Part shown: in pieces, positions 1-9,268 of the stretch | Position numbering within the stretch: the first letter of the stretch is position 1 | Layout: each line of letters begins with the position of its first letter | Virus record (IMG/VR): IMGVR_UViG_3300031998_000029 | Location: 15,666-79,665 of that record | Length of the DNA stretch: 64,000 nt | From: a virus | Lineage: Duplodnaviria > Heunggongvirae > Uroviricota > Caudoviricetes | Reading direction: 5' to 3' (one strand) | Notes under the pieces: generated by a model | Told to the model about the DNA's origin: nothing | What the model saw: the letters and a program-made list of their open reading frames with translations, nothing else | Databases searched by the model: none | Position numbers and translations under genes: made by a program

Positions 1-470
1 TCAAGCTCTCCAACGGACTCAGAAGTCTGGAAAATCAGAGGTATATTTATACAAGGTATGCAGACGATTTTCTGGTGTCCTCAAGATTCGATTTTGACTT
101 CAGAAAGATCGAGAAGTACATAGTCGACACGCTCCGGGGTTTCGGAGCGCCGTTCAGCATCAACTCGGAAAAGACAAGATACGGTTCTTCGTCCGGCAAA
201 AATTTCAATCTCGGACTCATGCTCAATAAGGACAACCAGATAACCGTGGGGCACAAGAAGAAAAGACAGTTACAGGCGATGCTCTCTTCGTATGTCATGG
301 ATAAAATGCACGGAAAGAGTTGGGAAAAGAACGACGTACAGGCCATGGAAGGCTATAGAAACTATTACCATATGGTGGAAGGAGAGGTGATAGACAGAAT
401 AGTACAGCATCTGAACGAGAAGTTCAGAGTAGACATCATGCAGATGATAAGAGAAGATTTGAAAGTTTGA
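1..470 (+). CDS. Reverse transcriptase, C-terminal ~155 aa (5' end outside window); group II intron-like / retroelement RT
   Basis: Frame starting nt 3 is open to 470 and reads ...KLSNGLRSLENQRYIYTRYADDFLVSSRFDFDF... (YADD box at nt 60-71), then INSEKT (motif 6), FNLGLML (motif 7, LG) and QAMEGYRNYY resembling the GWxNYY thumb/X-domain motif of group II intron maturases; the ORF-track entry 75..470 is the same frame. Confidence 0.7.
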   Translation, partial: KLSNGLRSLENQRYIYTRYADDFLVSSRFDFDFRKIEKYIVDTLRGFGAPFSINSEKTRYGSSSGKNFNLGLMLNKDNQITVGHKKKRQLQAMLSSYVMDKMHGKSWEKNDVQAMEGYRNYYHMVEGEVIDRIVQHLNEKFRVDIMQMIREDLKV

Positions 471-560
471 CAGATGCACCAATGATGATATTCCTTTTGG
501 AGTATGCTCTTCGCTGTCAGCAAGAGTAACGTAACGGCGGGGAAAAGCCGGATACTGCAG
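471..560 (+). ncRNA. Structured element copy A (shares 5' segment and CTCTY-C-GC-TGWCA-GC-RAGAG hairpin with copies at 1027 and 12291), directly 3' of RT stop
   Basis: cagatgcaccaatgatgat...gctcttcgctgtcagcaagagtaacgtaacgg aligns with copies B/C; hairpin stem shows compensatory change (ctctt/aagag vs ctctc/gagag). Confidence 0.35.
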
Positions 561-1026
561 CAGCAGCATCGCCAGGAACATGTAGACTCTAGCCGGAAAT
601 CCTCAACCCCATCCCGGGAATACCCAAGATTAATACAAGATACCCGGATCCAGCTACCGAATCTCCACCATATCCTGAAAAGAAATAGAGCGACACCCGT
701 CTACCAGGCTCGAACCAGCTCTGCCGAGCGACTCGGCGCCTGGCCTTCCGCCCGCCTCACCAGTTAGACATCACCAAGTTCGATTGAATGCAATGTCAGA
801 CAGAGAAAGGAAGCGACCTTTGATGTATACCAGGAAAACCAGAGACAGATGGGACATACTTACAAACTGGGGTTATGGCTGGGAATGCGAATACAGCGCA
901 TATTCACCCAAAGAAGCCAGACAGACTCTCAGGGACTACAGAGAAAACTCGTGCGGAAGATTTGCCGTTCGCATGGAAAAACATCGCGAGAGAATATTTG
1001 AATAAGTAACGAGAAATTTGATATTA

Positions 1027-1330
1027 ACCTACGATGCAGATTGATTGTCGCAAAACATACATAGCAATCGCTCTCCGCTGACAGCGAGAGTAACGAGATA
1101 ATACGGATTCGCCTTTACTTTCAGATCAGGCAGGCAGGAGCAGGATCAAAGAAAGATCCTGCCCGCCTGCCGATCAGGAAAGTAAGGGCTCTCTCCCGGC
1201 ATAAGCTTTTTATAACGTCGGATTAAGACGACGTTATAAAGCTTTTATGGATCGTAGGACAACACAGATCGAGTAGTGAGTATAAAGCCGTATCGAGTAT
1301 GCTGTGGCGTACAACCCTCGCATAGCGTCC
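1027..1330 (+). ncRNA. Structured ncRNA-like element copy B (ornate, multi-hairpin)
   Basis: acctacgatgcagattgattgt...caatcgctctccgctgacagcgagagtaacgagataatacggattcgcc, then an extended ~25 bp hairpin (gatcaggcaggcagg...cccgcctgccgatc) and a perfect 16 bp hairpin (aagctttttataacgtcg/cgacgttataaagctt), then conserved ttatggatcgtaggacaa; no ORF; homologous to 12291-12530. Confidence 0.45.
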
Positions 1331-1375
1331 GTACAACGCTCCGGGGTCGCAGCAGGAATTAGAGGTCTAGTGTAG

Positions 1376-1436
1376 CGGAAAAGCACGCCCCCGCAGACGG
1401 GGGATGGGTTAGGTTCGACTCCTGACGGTCTCGACC
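1376..1436 (+). ncRNA. tRNA-like 3' module lacking anticodon arm (D-arm-like, 6 bp variable-type hairpin cccccg/cggggg, T-arm ttagg-ttcgact-cctga, ...ACCA end)
   Basis: ggttcgactcc T-loop consensus and 3' gacca; no complementary 5' acceptor strand or 7-nt anticodon loop found. Confidence 0.3.
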
Positions 1437-1614
1437 AAAACGAAAATTCCTTAAAATTACAAAGATATGAAAAAGCAGCGTAAAACTAATGAAAGTATGG
1501 TCAGCAGAGTAGACCGCCGGTGAGATATGTACAGTCAAATCCGGCCGCTGTTCCCGTGGGTGAAAGTCCCACGGCTCGATTTCAATTAATACATAGGTAT
1601 GAGGTATTTGCAAA

Positions 1615-1827
1615 ATGAAAGCAACTGTTTCGCGTGTTTATGTCTTAATAAGACATCTCCCATTCGTAGGGGGACAGATTGAGGGAATCTTTTTGTCAAA
1701 CGACAGCGCTCTGAAGTGGCTGGAAGAACAAGTACAAAACGGCGAATGGTGCGCGTTTGATGCAAAGTATAATACCGAAATTAAAGAATGGGATGTCAAA
1801 GGAGGAAAATATGTTACGTTACGTTGA
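1615..1827 (+). CDS. hypothetical protein
   Basis: ORF track; first gene after long non-coding region; weak RBS. Confidence 0.4.
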   Translation: MKATVSRVYVLIRHLPFVGGQIEGIFLSNDSALKWLEEQVQNGEWCAFDAKYNTEIKEWDVKGGKYVTLR

Positions 1828-2299
1828 TATTCCAGATGGTAGATACAGCGGGTTGTGGTTCGACTCTGACCCCTGGAGGCTTACCGCAGAAGATCAGTGT
1901 TGGGACGCTGAAACCCTCCGTCAATTAAAAGAAGAGTATAATGTTGTATTTTGTACTGATGGAGACGGGGTCACCCCTATAATGGTTTCAAAAGAATGGG
2001 GAATAGTTCTTGGCTGTGAAGACGATGGTACTATCTATTTCAATCAAAAATACGGGCAGCCCGACATGTGTTTTTCTTTGGTGTGGGTAAAGCACTTCAT
2101 GGCAGATCTTAAGGAGGCATATAAGATGGGCGTTAAGGAACTGTGGGAAGAATTTGGAGATGTCCCCATGGATCCGGAAACGGAGTGCATAGAAAGCGAT
2201 TGGCGCAGCTTTCCAAAAGGCACGCACAGAGAAGATATTTGGCACTGGTTTGAAGAAGAGTTTGGGATCGAAGTACATACTCTGATGTACGGAGAATAA
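1811..2299 (+). CDS. hypothetical protein
   Basis: ORF 1757..2299 trimmed to ATG 1811 preceded by GGAGG at 1801-1805. Confidence 0.6.
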   Translation: MLRYVDIPDGRYSGLWFDSDPWRLTAEDQCWDAETLRQLKEEYNVVFCTDGDGVTPIMVSKEWGIVLGCEDDGTIYFNQKYGQPDMCFSLVWVKHFMADLKEAYKMGVKELWEEFGDVPMDPETECIESDWRSFPKGTHREDIWHWFEEEFGIEVHTLMYGE

Positions 2300-2327
2300 A
2301 ACACAACTGTATAGAGAGGAATTGTAT

Positions 2328-2500
2328 ATGACGGTCTATCTCATTTTTGACACAGTCCCCATCCATCGCGAGGTTGTCGGGGTTTTTTCTACCGAGCAGA
2401 AAGCGAGAGAGTGGCTTGACAGAGCATACGATGATTTTGGATGGACATACGGAGAAGTCAGCTCAGCAATTATCGAACCGTGGGTTGTTGACCTCGAATA
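2328..2500 (+). CDS. hypothetical small protein (57 aa)
   Basis: ATG after agagagga RBS; MTVYLIFDTVPIHREVVGVF...; below ORF-track size cutoff. Confidence 0.45.
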
Positions 2501-2536
2501 ATACTTAGAATAAAACATAACTTTGATGAGAAACTT

Positions 2537-2788
2537 ATGAATTATAAGATTGGAGACAAGATATTTTTTATAGGAATCCGTTGCAATATCAGCAAGCTAA
2601 TGGGAGATGTAGGCGACTGTAGTTGGTTTTGCCCAAAACAAGTTCCAGATTGTGAACGATACGTCTGTGAATGCGAGATTGGCAATCAGGCGGCTGCCGA
2701 CAGCTTTAATAATGACGATGACTCTTGTTATGCTTCACGAGCCGAAGCAGAAAGCGCGTTACGGAAGTTGCAACAGAAACATATTTGA
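2537..2788 (+). CDS. Cys-rich small protein (putative Zn-binding)
   Basis: CSWFCPKQVPDCERYVCECE cysteine cluster. Confidence 0.55.
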   Translation: MNYKIGDKIFFIGIRCNISKLMGDVGDCSWFCPKQVPDCERYVCECEIGNQAAADSFNNDDDSCYASRAEAESALRKLQQKHI

Positions 2789-2825
2789 TAATGCCCTATG
2801 ATTTAATAAGGAGATATGACAATGT

Positions 2826-3710
2826 ATGAGTGAGAATCCTTTTGAAGCAATAGCGAACATTTACAATTACGCCGTTGAAGAAGCGGATAAGTTGGGGTAT
2901 GCGAATACATTCAAGAAATGTGCAGAGCTTTTCTTTAAGGCTGTCAATGAAGAGAGCGCCTTGAGAGACAATCCGGTTCACTTTTCGGATGTCGAATATC
3001 TCGACGGATACTTCATTTTTGGCTCCGGCACGAACTCTGTGGTTCACTTCCATATAGATGAATGCCCGGGCTGGAAATTCGGCATTTGGTGGAATGTTCC
3101 AGAAGAAGGAAAATCATCTGTTTCCGGAGATTTCTTCGCTCAGTTTGAGGAAGCTATAGACAAGTTCAAGCCATCTGCATCCGAGATCAACGGGAAAATC
3201 AACATTGATCCTGATGGAAATTTCTCGGCTTCTGTATGGGGAGTATCAAGAGAAATCCGATTTATCCGAGATGAACCGTACCTTTCATTCTGCCGATCTT
3301 ATTGCTTCTGGGATTACAACACCGAGCATCATACACGAGAAGAAGCAGAGCAGGAATACAGAGAATATAGAGAGCGCAAAGATAATGAGTATAATTACAC
3401 AGCTCTGGTAGACGGTAAAATCCTGATGTTCGTGAGGGAAAAAGTTCTTCCAATATTTAAAAACGCAAGGATTGTAGACAGAGGTGATGGTTGGTCTCCA
3501 AGATATGATGTTGTTGCGCCTTTGAAGGACAATACAGACATTGTGAACAAGCGCGGCTGCTACAATTGGTTTGCTGAGGATGACGAAGAAGGTCAAAAGA
3601 TTATGGATGAATTCAATGTATTAATAAAAGAGGGTGAGGATTACGGAGATAAGTACGGGTTCTATTATTCTGCGCCCATCCACAGCAACATTGGGTTCTA
3701 TGAAGAATAA
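2826..3710 (+). CDS. hypothetical protein
   Basis: 294 aa ORF; RBS aaggagat upstream. Confidence 0.65.
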   Translation: MSENPFEAIANIYNYAVEEADKLGYANTFKKCAELFFKAVNEESALRDNPVHFSDVEYLDGYFIFGSGTNSVVHFHIDECPGWKFGIWWNVPEEGKSSVSGDFFAQFEEAIDKFKPSASEINGKINIDPDGNFSASVWGVSREIRFIRDEPYLSFCRSYCFWDYNTEHHTREEAEQEYREYRERKDNEYNYTALVDGKILMFVREKVLPIFKNARIVDRGDGWSPRYDVVAPLKDNTDIVNKRGCYNWFAEDDEEGQKIMDEFNVLIKEGEDYGDKYGFYYSAPIHSNIGFYEE

Positions 3711-3736
3711 AATCAACACTTGATAAGGAGAAAGCA

Positions 3737-4102
3737 ATGCGAAAATACATTGAAGCAGAAGCGGCGTTAAAAGCGGTCTGCAAAGATTGTGATATACGAC
3801 ATCCGTCTGAAAAAGATGAGTGCCCGTACAAGTTCACTGGTTGTATGGCGTTTTATAACGTATACGATATTCCTATTGCTGACGTGCAGGAAGTAAAGCA
3901 CGGAAAGTGGATTGAAAAGAAACACCTGATGCCGCTCGCTTTCGATATTTTTCCCCTTGATTTTGATAATTATGACGAGAAAATACATACTGAGTGGGTG
4001 TCATATTGGCATTGCTCGTTGTGCGACAATGAACAGAGTCGCAACATAAAGCCATCAGACAATTATTGTCCGCATTGCGGCGCAAAGATGGACTTGAAAT
4101 AA
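3737..4102 (+). CDS. Zn-ribbon protein
   Basis: CKDC...CPYKFTGC and C-terminal CSLC...CPHCGAKM. Confidence 0.6.
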   Translation: MRKYIEAEAALKAVCKDCDIRHPSEKDECPYKFTGCMAFYNVYDIPIADVQEVKHGKWIEKKHLMPLAFDIFPLDFDNYDEKIHTEWVSYWHCSLCDNEQSRNIKPSDNYCPHCGAKMDLK

Positions 4103-4130
4103 AACAATTATTGATATAAGAGGTGTAAAA

Positions 4131-4331
4131 ATGAACATCGTTAAACCTGGAAAACCTCAGAACAAAGGAGAGTTTCATTTTATCTGTGAAAAATGTGGGT
4201 GTGAATGGTATGCCGACAGGGGCGATAAAGGATTGGGAATATCGCCGCCCTGCTGCGAGTTTTATGCATACATGAGATGTCCAAATTGTCACTCAGAAAC
4301 TATAGACGAAAATCATAAAATAAAGCGTTGA
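4131..4331 (+). CDS. Zn-ribbon protein
   Basis: CEKCGC...CPNCHSE; RBS agaggtg. Confidence 0.55.
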   Translation: MNIVKPGKPQNKGEFHFICEKCGCEWYADRGDKGLGISPPCCEFYAYMRCPNCHSETIDENHKIKR

Positions 4332-4345
4332 TAGGAGCGATAAAG

Positions 4346-4576
4346 ATGTGCGGCAGCAACAATGGCAGGCATATTTGTGCCACCTGTTCTCATAGCGACG
4401 GATGCATGGCCGGGTTTTTTGATGACGACTGGTTTCCTGCGAATATGGAGAAAGTTATCGATAATCTCGACAATCATAGATATGATGATAAAAGGATAGC
4501 TATGAAAAAATTCCTTATTCAAGAATACCTGTACGACTATGACCGTCGAACATACATTGAAGTCGATGCGAGGTGA
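4346..4576 (+). CDS. hypothetical Cys/His-containing protein
   Basis: ORF 4328..4576 trimmed to ATG 4346 after aggag. Confidence 0.5.
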   Translation: MCGSNNGRHICATCSHSDGCMAGFFDDDWFPANMEKVIDNLDNHRYDDKRIAMKKFLIQEYLYDYDRRTYIEVDAR

Positions 4577-4582
4577 AAGACT

Positions 4583-5011
4583 GTGTTGTATAAAATAGTT
4601 CCTAAAAAACCTATTGCGTCAATCATCGACGCAGAGTCGCCGGACAGCGCAATAGATGCATTCGCTTGGAGTATGGACGACGACATGAATATTTATTTTG
4701 AAGCTGTTCCCGCAACCGACGCGGAAACAAAGGAGTTTGAAGAATCTAAGCAATCTTTTGCTACTCATCTCCGAATCTGCTCCGTCTGCGGGAGGCCGGT
4801 ATATGCCGGCATGACAAACGCGGATGGAAGTTTTTATGTCCACGAGGAATGCTTTGAGACATACATGAACGAGACTTATGGTGCGTGGTTTGAAGTCGAT
4901 GATGACGGCTGCGGCGGCTATTATATGGGTTGCGAACGTGAAGAACCTATCGGCCCCTATGCCACCGGCATCTTCTATACAGAGTGGGAAGACGAGGAGT
5001 TTGAAGAATAA
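4583..5011 (+). CDS. hypothetical protein with CxxC and acidic C-terminus
   Basis: GTG start after gaggtgaaaga; CSVCGRP...HEECFE. Confidence 0.6.
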   Translation: MLYKIVPKKPIASIIDAESPDSAIDAFAWSMDDDMNIYFEAVPATDAETKEFEESKQSFATHLRICSVCGRPVYAGMTNADGSFYVHEECFETYMNETYGAWFEVDDDGCGGYYMGCEREEPIGPYATGIFYTEWEDEEFEE

Positions 5012-5094
5012 TGTATATAAGAAAAACGCGAGACCGCTGAAAGGATGAAATTTGAGAAGAATAAAATCAACTTTTCATAACGGATGGTGTAGAT

Positions 5095-5481
5095 ATGGAG
5101 AATAAGATTGTAATACGACTTCCAAACGGTTATCACCTTGTTGCGGAACAGAATTCAGATCCCAACTATCTCAACGAAATATTTATCGGGATTTTGGACG
5201 AATATGGAGTGTGGCATCAAGACCTCGCCGTCGTAAGATGTGCATACGAAATAGACGATGAATTCCGCGTTCATTGGAAAGACGAGGAATTTGACGTTCT
5301 GGTGTATTCCGACGAGAACAACGAAGATTTCACACATGACTTCACAGTCGGACTGTATCATAAAGAAGATGGCTTAAATATTTGTGGAGAACATGGTTGT
5401 GACGGTTGCTTGTATCAGCATCACAACGATATTGATATATGCAAACAGGAAGCCGCAAGAAAGAATAAAATGACTTTTTGA
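5095..5481 (+). CDS. hypothetical protein
   Basis: ORF track, 128 aa. Confidence 0.6.
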   Translation: MENKIVIRLPNGYHLVAEQNSDPNYLNEIFIGILDEYGVWHQDLAVVRCAYEIDDEFRVHWKDEEFDVLVYSDENNEDFTHDFTVGLYHKEDGLNICGEHGCDGCLYQHHNDIDICKQEAARKNKMTF

Positions 5482-5498
5482 TAAGGAGAATATTTATA

Positions 5499-5762
5499 GT
5501 GGCGAAATGTAAAGCATGCGGAAAAGAAATGCTGTCTGCCGTTGGTTGCACGTTCAATTTAATACAGATGGCAGACGGGAAAACAATTAAACGTCATAAG
5601 GTCGGCGACGAGGGGTGGTATGACAAAGGGCAGAGATGCGGTGACTGCGGTGCTTTATATGGTCATTATCATCACCCCGGATGCGACGTGGAGCGTTGCC
5701 CCGTTTGTGGAGGTCAGCTTATTAGTTGCTTTTGTGACATAACGAGCTATGTTAGGAAGTAA
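5499..5762 (+). CDS. Zn-finger protein (multiple CxxC)
   Basis: GTG 5499 after aaggagaa; AKCKACGK...CGDCG...CPVCGG. Confidence 0.55.
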   Translation: MAKCKACGKEMLSAVGCTFNLIQMADGKTIKRHKVGDEGWYDKGQRCGDCGALYGHYHHPGCDVERCPVCGGQLISCFCDITSYVRK

Positions 5763-5791
5763 AACCAATATTCGATAAGAGGTTTAGAAGG

Positions 5792-6103
5792 ATGATAAAA
5801 GAATTCATAAAGAATAAGTCCAAAATCATCGTCATTTGGGCGAAATACGATGATGCCCATACATACTTTACGGGCGATATTCCGACGAGCGCGGACGCGA
5901 TTGCTTCTATTCACCGTTTCGAGTCGGTCGAATCATTTTCAATGTATTGGCGTGCAATACGCGATTGCCCGGAAGATATGTGGTATTGGGTTCTTGTTGA
6001 AGAGAACGGGTGTCAAACCTGTATCTGTTCAGGAGCTTGCGATAGCGGTGACGAGGATGTCTTTGTTGAGTGTTTCGGCGCGGGATATTTTGAAGAAACA
6101 TAA
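5792..6103 (+). CDS. hypothetical protein
   Basis: ORF track; RBS agaagg. Confidence 0.55.
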   Translation: MIKEFIKNKSKIIVIWAKYDDAHTYFTGDIPTSADAIASIHRFESVESFSMYWRAIRDCPEDMWYWVLVEENGCQTCICSGACDSGDEDVFVECFGAGYFEET

Positions 6104-6130
6104 AACCTTGATTTGATAAAAGGAGAACTG

Positions 6131-6679
6131 ATGAGAAAGTTTATTTGTATTTTTCTAATGACTATGATGATTCTGTCTGTTATGTCTGGGTGTGACTTTG
6201 ACTCTGAGGAATTTGGGTCGGCATCGGATACGATCAGGACAAAGGAAGCAGCAAATATACTGCAATACAACCAGCCAACTCCGACCGATATTTCGTATTC
6301 GCTTGAACGATATAACCTAATACGCAGAACATACTGGGTAAACGGACAGAGGGAGAAAGCAAACTCTCTTCCTTGCGAAATAGAAAAGCCGCTCGGATAT
6401 ATAGTATTATTTTCCGGCAATGTTGTTGTCGGAAATTTTATTGTAGACGGCAAGGTTTCAAGCTTAAACAGTTTCCTTACCCCAGATAGTGAGTATTACT
6501 CCAGCAGTGCTATAAATAAGTGGCTTGCCGATGTAGATGGGTCGTATGGAACAAACGACAGTGGGATTTTCTTCTTTACTCCGGACGGCAAGTATATCGA
6601 ATGGAGCGGTGACTATCTTTATTCTGATATTCCGTTTGTGGTTGAATCGCCGGTTCTCAATATTGGAGATGGTAATTGA
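6131..6679 (+). CDS. putative lipoprotein (signal peptide with lipobox LSVMSGC)
   Basis: ATG 6131 after aaaggagaa; MRKFICIFLMTMMILSVMSGC. Confidence 0.6.
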   Translation: MRKFICIFLMTMMILSVMSGCDFDSEEFGSASDTIRTKEAANILQYNQPTPTDISYSLERYNLIRRTYWVNGQREKANSLPCEIEKPLGYIVLFSGNVVVGNFIVDGKVSSLNSFLTPDSEYYSSSAINKWLADVDGSYGTNDSGIFFFTPDGKYIEWSGDYLYSDIPFVVESPVLNIGDGN

Positions 6680-6680
6680 T

Positions 6681-7073
6681 ATGAAGAAACTCGGAATAGC
6701 AATAATAATAATTTTTGCAGTGATATTAATAGTCGTTTTCCCTATTTATTTTGGTGGAACTCCGACCGGCAGAGCAGCATGGAATAGTTGGTTTCACGAC
6801 GTTCAGAAGGCAGATGACACCACAAGTTACCATACAAAAAAGCAGGTAGAGGACGCTTGCCGTTCTATGATAGCGTCTTATAATTCAGACAGGTTAACAT
6901 ACGAGCAGTATAAAGATAGCGACAATGCCGTCAAGCAGGAATGGGCGGAGCAGGCGAAAATGAGAGCAAATAAAACCGCAAGTACATATAACAACTATAT
7001 TCTTAAAAACAGTTATGTTTGGAAGGGTAATGTTCCGGCAGATATTTATATGGAGCTTTCGTATATTAAATAA
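6681..7073 (+). CDS. membrane-anchored protein (N-terminal TM helix)
   Basis: ATG 6681 MKKLGIAIIIIFAVILIVVFPIYF; listed ORF 6537..7073 has a spurious N-terminal extension. Confidence 0.55.
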   Translation: MKKLGIAIIIIFAVILIVVFPIYFGGTPTGRAAWNSWFHDVQKADDTTSYHTKKQVEDACRSMIASYNSDRLTYEQYKDSDNAVKQEWAEQAKMRANKTASTYNNYILKNSYVWKGNVPADIYMELSYIK

Positions 7074-7098
7074 AACTCCAGATTGACGAGGTGAACAA

Positions 7099-7299
7099 AT
7101 GAAATATTGCGTAACGATTGTGAGAACTGGTTGTGTGTTCGTAAAAGCTAATAGCCCCGAAGAAGCAATGGATATTGCAGACCATCAAATAACTGATACT
7201 GTGAATTGGTCAGATGATTGGAATCCGACAGCCGCAGATGCCATAGAAGATGACATCTTTCCGGATTGTACATTCGTAAGCGAAAAGGCGTTTGAATAA
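7099..7299 (+). CDS. hypothetical small protein
   Basis: ORF track; RBS gaggtg. Confidence 0.45.
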   Translation: MKYCVTIVRTGCVFVKANSPEEAMDIADHQITDTVNWSDDWNPTAADAIEDDIFPDCTFVSEKAFE

Positions 7300-7326
7300 A
7301 ACAGTTTTTGATAAGAAGAGGCAATA

Positions 7327-7515
7327 ATGGATTTTCCAAATATGACTAAAGAAGAACTTTCTAAACAATTATATCAAGAGGTTTCATACTATAATGAGGA
7401 TTTAATGGGCTTATGCCAGATACTTGTAAAACAAGTCCCTCGGAAATATATATATAGAATAATTAGCAAAATGTATAGAGTGAGAAAGACTACTACTGAT
7501 AAAACCGGGATTTAA
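7327..7515 (+). CDS. hypothetical small protein
   Basis: ORF track. Confidence 0.45.
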   Translation: MDFPNMTKEELSKQLYQEVSYYNEDLMGLCQILVKQVPRKYIYRIISKMYRVRKTTTDKTGI

Positions 7516-7526
7516 CGAGGTGTTAA

Positions 7527-7868
7527 ATGAGAACAGGTAATATTCAAGCTAGCTTTACAATGAGTGTACCATATGATAACCCAGATAAAAATGGTGTGTC
7601 ATATAGTTATGAAGCTATCCAGAATGCGCTTTCTTCTGTGATAGTCCCATTACCAATTATAGTTTGTCCTAATAATGGAGATTCAATGATAATTGGAAAT
7701 ACAACTTGTAAGCCATATGCAATTCAGCATAATAAAAAAGAAAACATCATCGAATTCACGGTGGATGGTGTCATATATTTCGGAGGCACGGAATGCTTCG
7801 TGAATGAGATAGACGGTAATAAGACTATTACCGATTTTGAGATTGCAAATTTTGGCTTTTCAGAATAA
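7527..7868 (+). CDS. hypothetical protein
   Basis: ORF track; RBS gaggtg. Confidence 0.5.
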   Translation: MRTGNIQASFTMSVPYDNPDKNGVSYSYEAIQNALSSVIVPLPIIVCPNNGDSMIIGNTTCKPYAIQHNKKENIIEFTVDGVIYFGGTECFVNEIDGNKTITDFEIANFGFSE

Positions 7869-7951
7869 AAACCAATATCTGGCATATGAGAGATATGGGT
7901 GGTGTAAACCAACCGTCTCTTATATAAACAATACATATCAACTATCTAATA

Positions 7952-8137
7952 ATGCAGGAGGATAATATGACTTATGAGGTCTTAATGAGAATCTCGGCAG
8001 CCTACCGCAAAGTCGTCGATGCGGAAAACGAAGAAGAAGCAAAAGATATTGCGTGGGACGAAGGGGACTTTGGCGAAGCGTTTGACATTGACGGAGAGTT
8101 TGTTTCTTGTGTGCCAGTCACGGATACCGAGGTGTAA
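7952..8137 (+). CDS. hypothetical acidic small protein
   Basis: ORF track; RBS caggagga; alternative start ATG 7967. Confidence 0.4.
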   Translation: MQEDNMTYEVLMRISAAYRKVVDAENEEEAKDIAWDEGDFGEAFDIDGEFVSCVPVTDTEV

Positions 8138-8146
8138 TGATAGGTA

Positions 8147-8386
8147 ATGAGCGATAAACATATCAACAAGAAACTCTTTTTAAAAGACCTGAAATGGGTT
8201 CTCCGTCCATGTGTGGGGAGCAACTACGCAGATTGTATTGCGTCTGACGAAGATTTCTTTAACGATGTGATTCGGGATGTGGAAGAGACGAGCGCATGGG
8301 AAGACGAAGGCTGTTATAACGAAGATGATGTCCGTCTCGCGGTAGGCCGGGTTTTAATAGAACGATTAAACATAGCTTACTATTAA
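8147..8386 (+). CDS. hypothetical small protein
   Basis: ORF track. Confidence 0.45.
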   Translation: MSDKHINKKLFLKDLKWVLRPCVGSNYADCIASDEDFFNDVIRDVEETSAWEDEGCYNEDDVRLAVGRVLIERLNIAYY

Positions 8387-8396
8387 GGAGCTGCAT

Positions 8397-8789
8397 ATGA
8401 ACACAAGAATAGATTATTTGTACCGTGACGCAAGCAACTATAAAGCCTATAATTCCGTAGTGTTATCCGGGAAGATGTCCGCAGAAGACGCAGAGCGCAT
8501 TAGTAAGTGCTTGTGCGACGGTACATACTTTATACCGAGAGATGTCGGACTTCCCGAAATTCGAGTCTGCGGCTATCGTACCGATGACGACCACTGCTGG
8601 TTCGAGTGGGAAATAGGCGTCGACAAATATACCGGAGAAGCATTCGGATTTGAGCTTACCGAAGATAAGCCCACGGTGGGCATAAGAGTTTCTGAGCTTG
8701 TAAAAAACTTTGAAAGTGTAAAGAAATGGAACGAGACAAGCTGGATGGAAGACTACGAATATAAGTCATACGACCAGTTTTGTGAGTAA
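8397..8789 (+). CDS. hypothetical protein
   Basis: ORF track; RBS aaggag. Confidence 0.55.
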   Translation: MNTRIDYLYRDASNYKAYNSVVLSGKMSAEDAERISKCLCDGTYFIPRDVGLPEIRVCGYRTDDDHCWFEWEIGVDKYTGEAFGFELTEDKPTVGIRVSELVKNFESVKKWNETSWMEDYEYKSYDQFCE

Positions 8790-8853
8790 GCAATACAATA
8801 AAAGCGACGCAATATTTAAATGGGTGACGTGATAACAAAAAAGGATAAAGGCA

Positions 8854-9090
8854 ATGATTGAGATTGGAATGGTTTATACATTTGACACTCATGGCGGAGA
8901 TTCTACATGGAATGATAGAAGCGGAGAAAATGCGTTGTTGTTCGTCCGCTTACGGAAGATGAAGCAGATCTTTTTGATGTTGGTCAGATGTATCGCATCA
9001 GGTTTAGTGATGGCGTTGAAACGGATGCTTTTGAGGATGAACTTTCGTAAATTAGACAAACTTTCATTGGATGTTTTAAAGGAGTTATGA
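8854..9090 (+). CDS. hypothetical protein
   Basis: ORF track; composition atypical, could be non-coding. Confidence 0.3.
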   Translation: MIEIGMVYTFDTHGGDSTWNDRSGENALLFVRLRKMKQIFLMLVRCIASGLVMALKRMLLRMNFRKLDKLSLDVLKEL

Positions 9091-9091
9091 A

Positions 9092-9268
9092 ATGTATTCA
9101 GAAACAGATATAATTAAAAGTTTGAAAATTGCAAGCAGAGAAATCACGGATGACTGTTCTTGGAGCGGAGCGATTATATTGGCTGAAATAATTCTTGATA
9201 AGTCAGAAGATTCTATTATGGAAATGATCGATGATTTAAAAATAAAATTTGCAGAGGATGATAAATAA
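9092..9268 (+). CDS. hypothetical small protein (58 aa)
   Basis: ATG 9092 after aaaggag; below ORF-track cutoff. Confidence 0.4.
   Translation: MYSETDIIKSLKIASREITDDCSWSGAIILAEIILDKSEDSIMEMIDDLKIKFAEDDK

Noticed and set aside
560-800. Minus-strand tRNA suggested by ggctcgaacc at ~705
   Set aside because: Flanking sequence does not form T-stem, acceptor or anticodon arms.
504-1005. ORFs 504..767 and 784..1005 (+)
   Set aside because: No RBS, low-complexity Arg/Ser/Pro-rich products, and they lie in a region dominated by RNA-like hairpins; treated as non-coding.
1020-1440. Group I intron interrupting a tRNA (tRNA-like 3' end at 1376-1436)
   Set aside because: No complementary 5' acceptor/D-arm half upstream. 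The same element recurs at 12291 next to intact tRNAs, so it is not an intron of a single tRNA.
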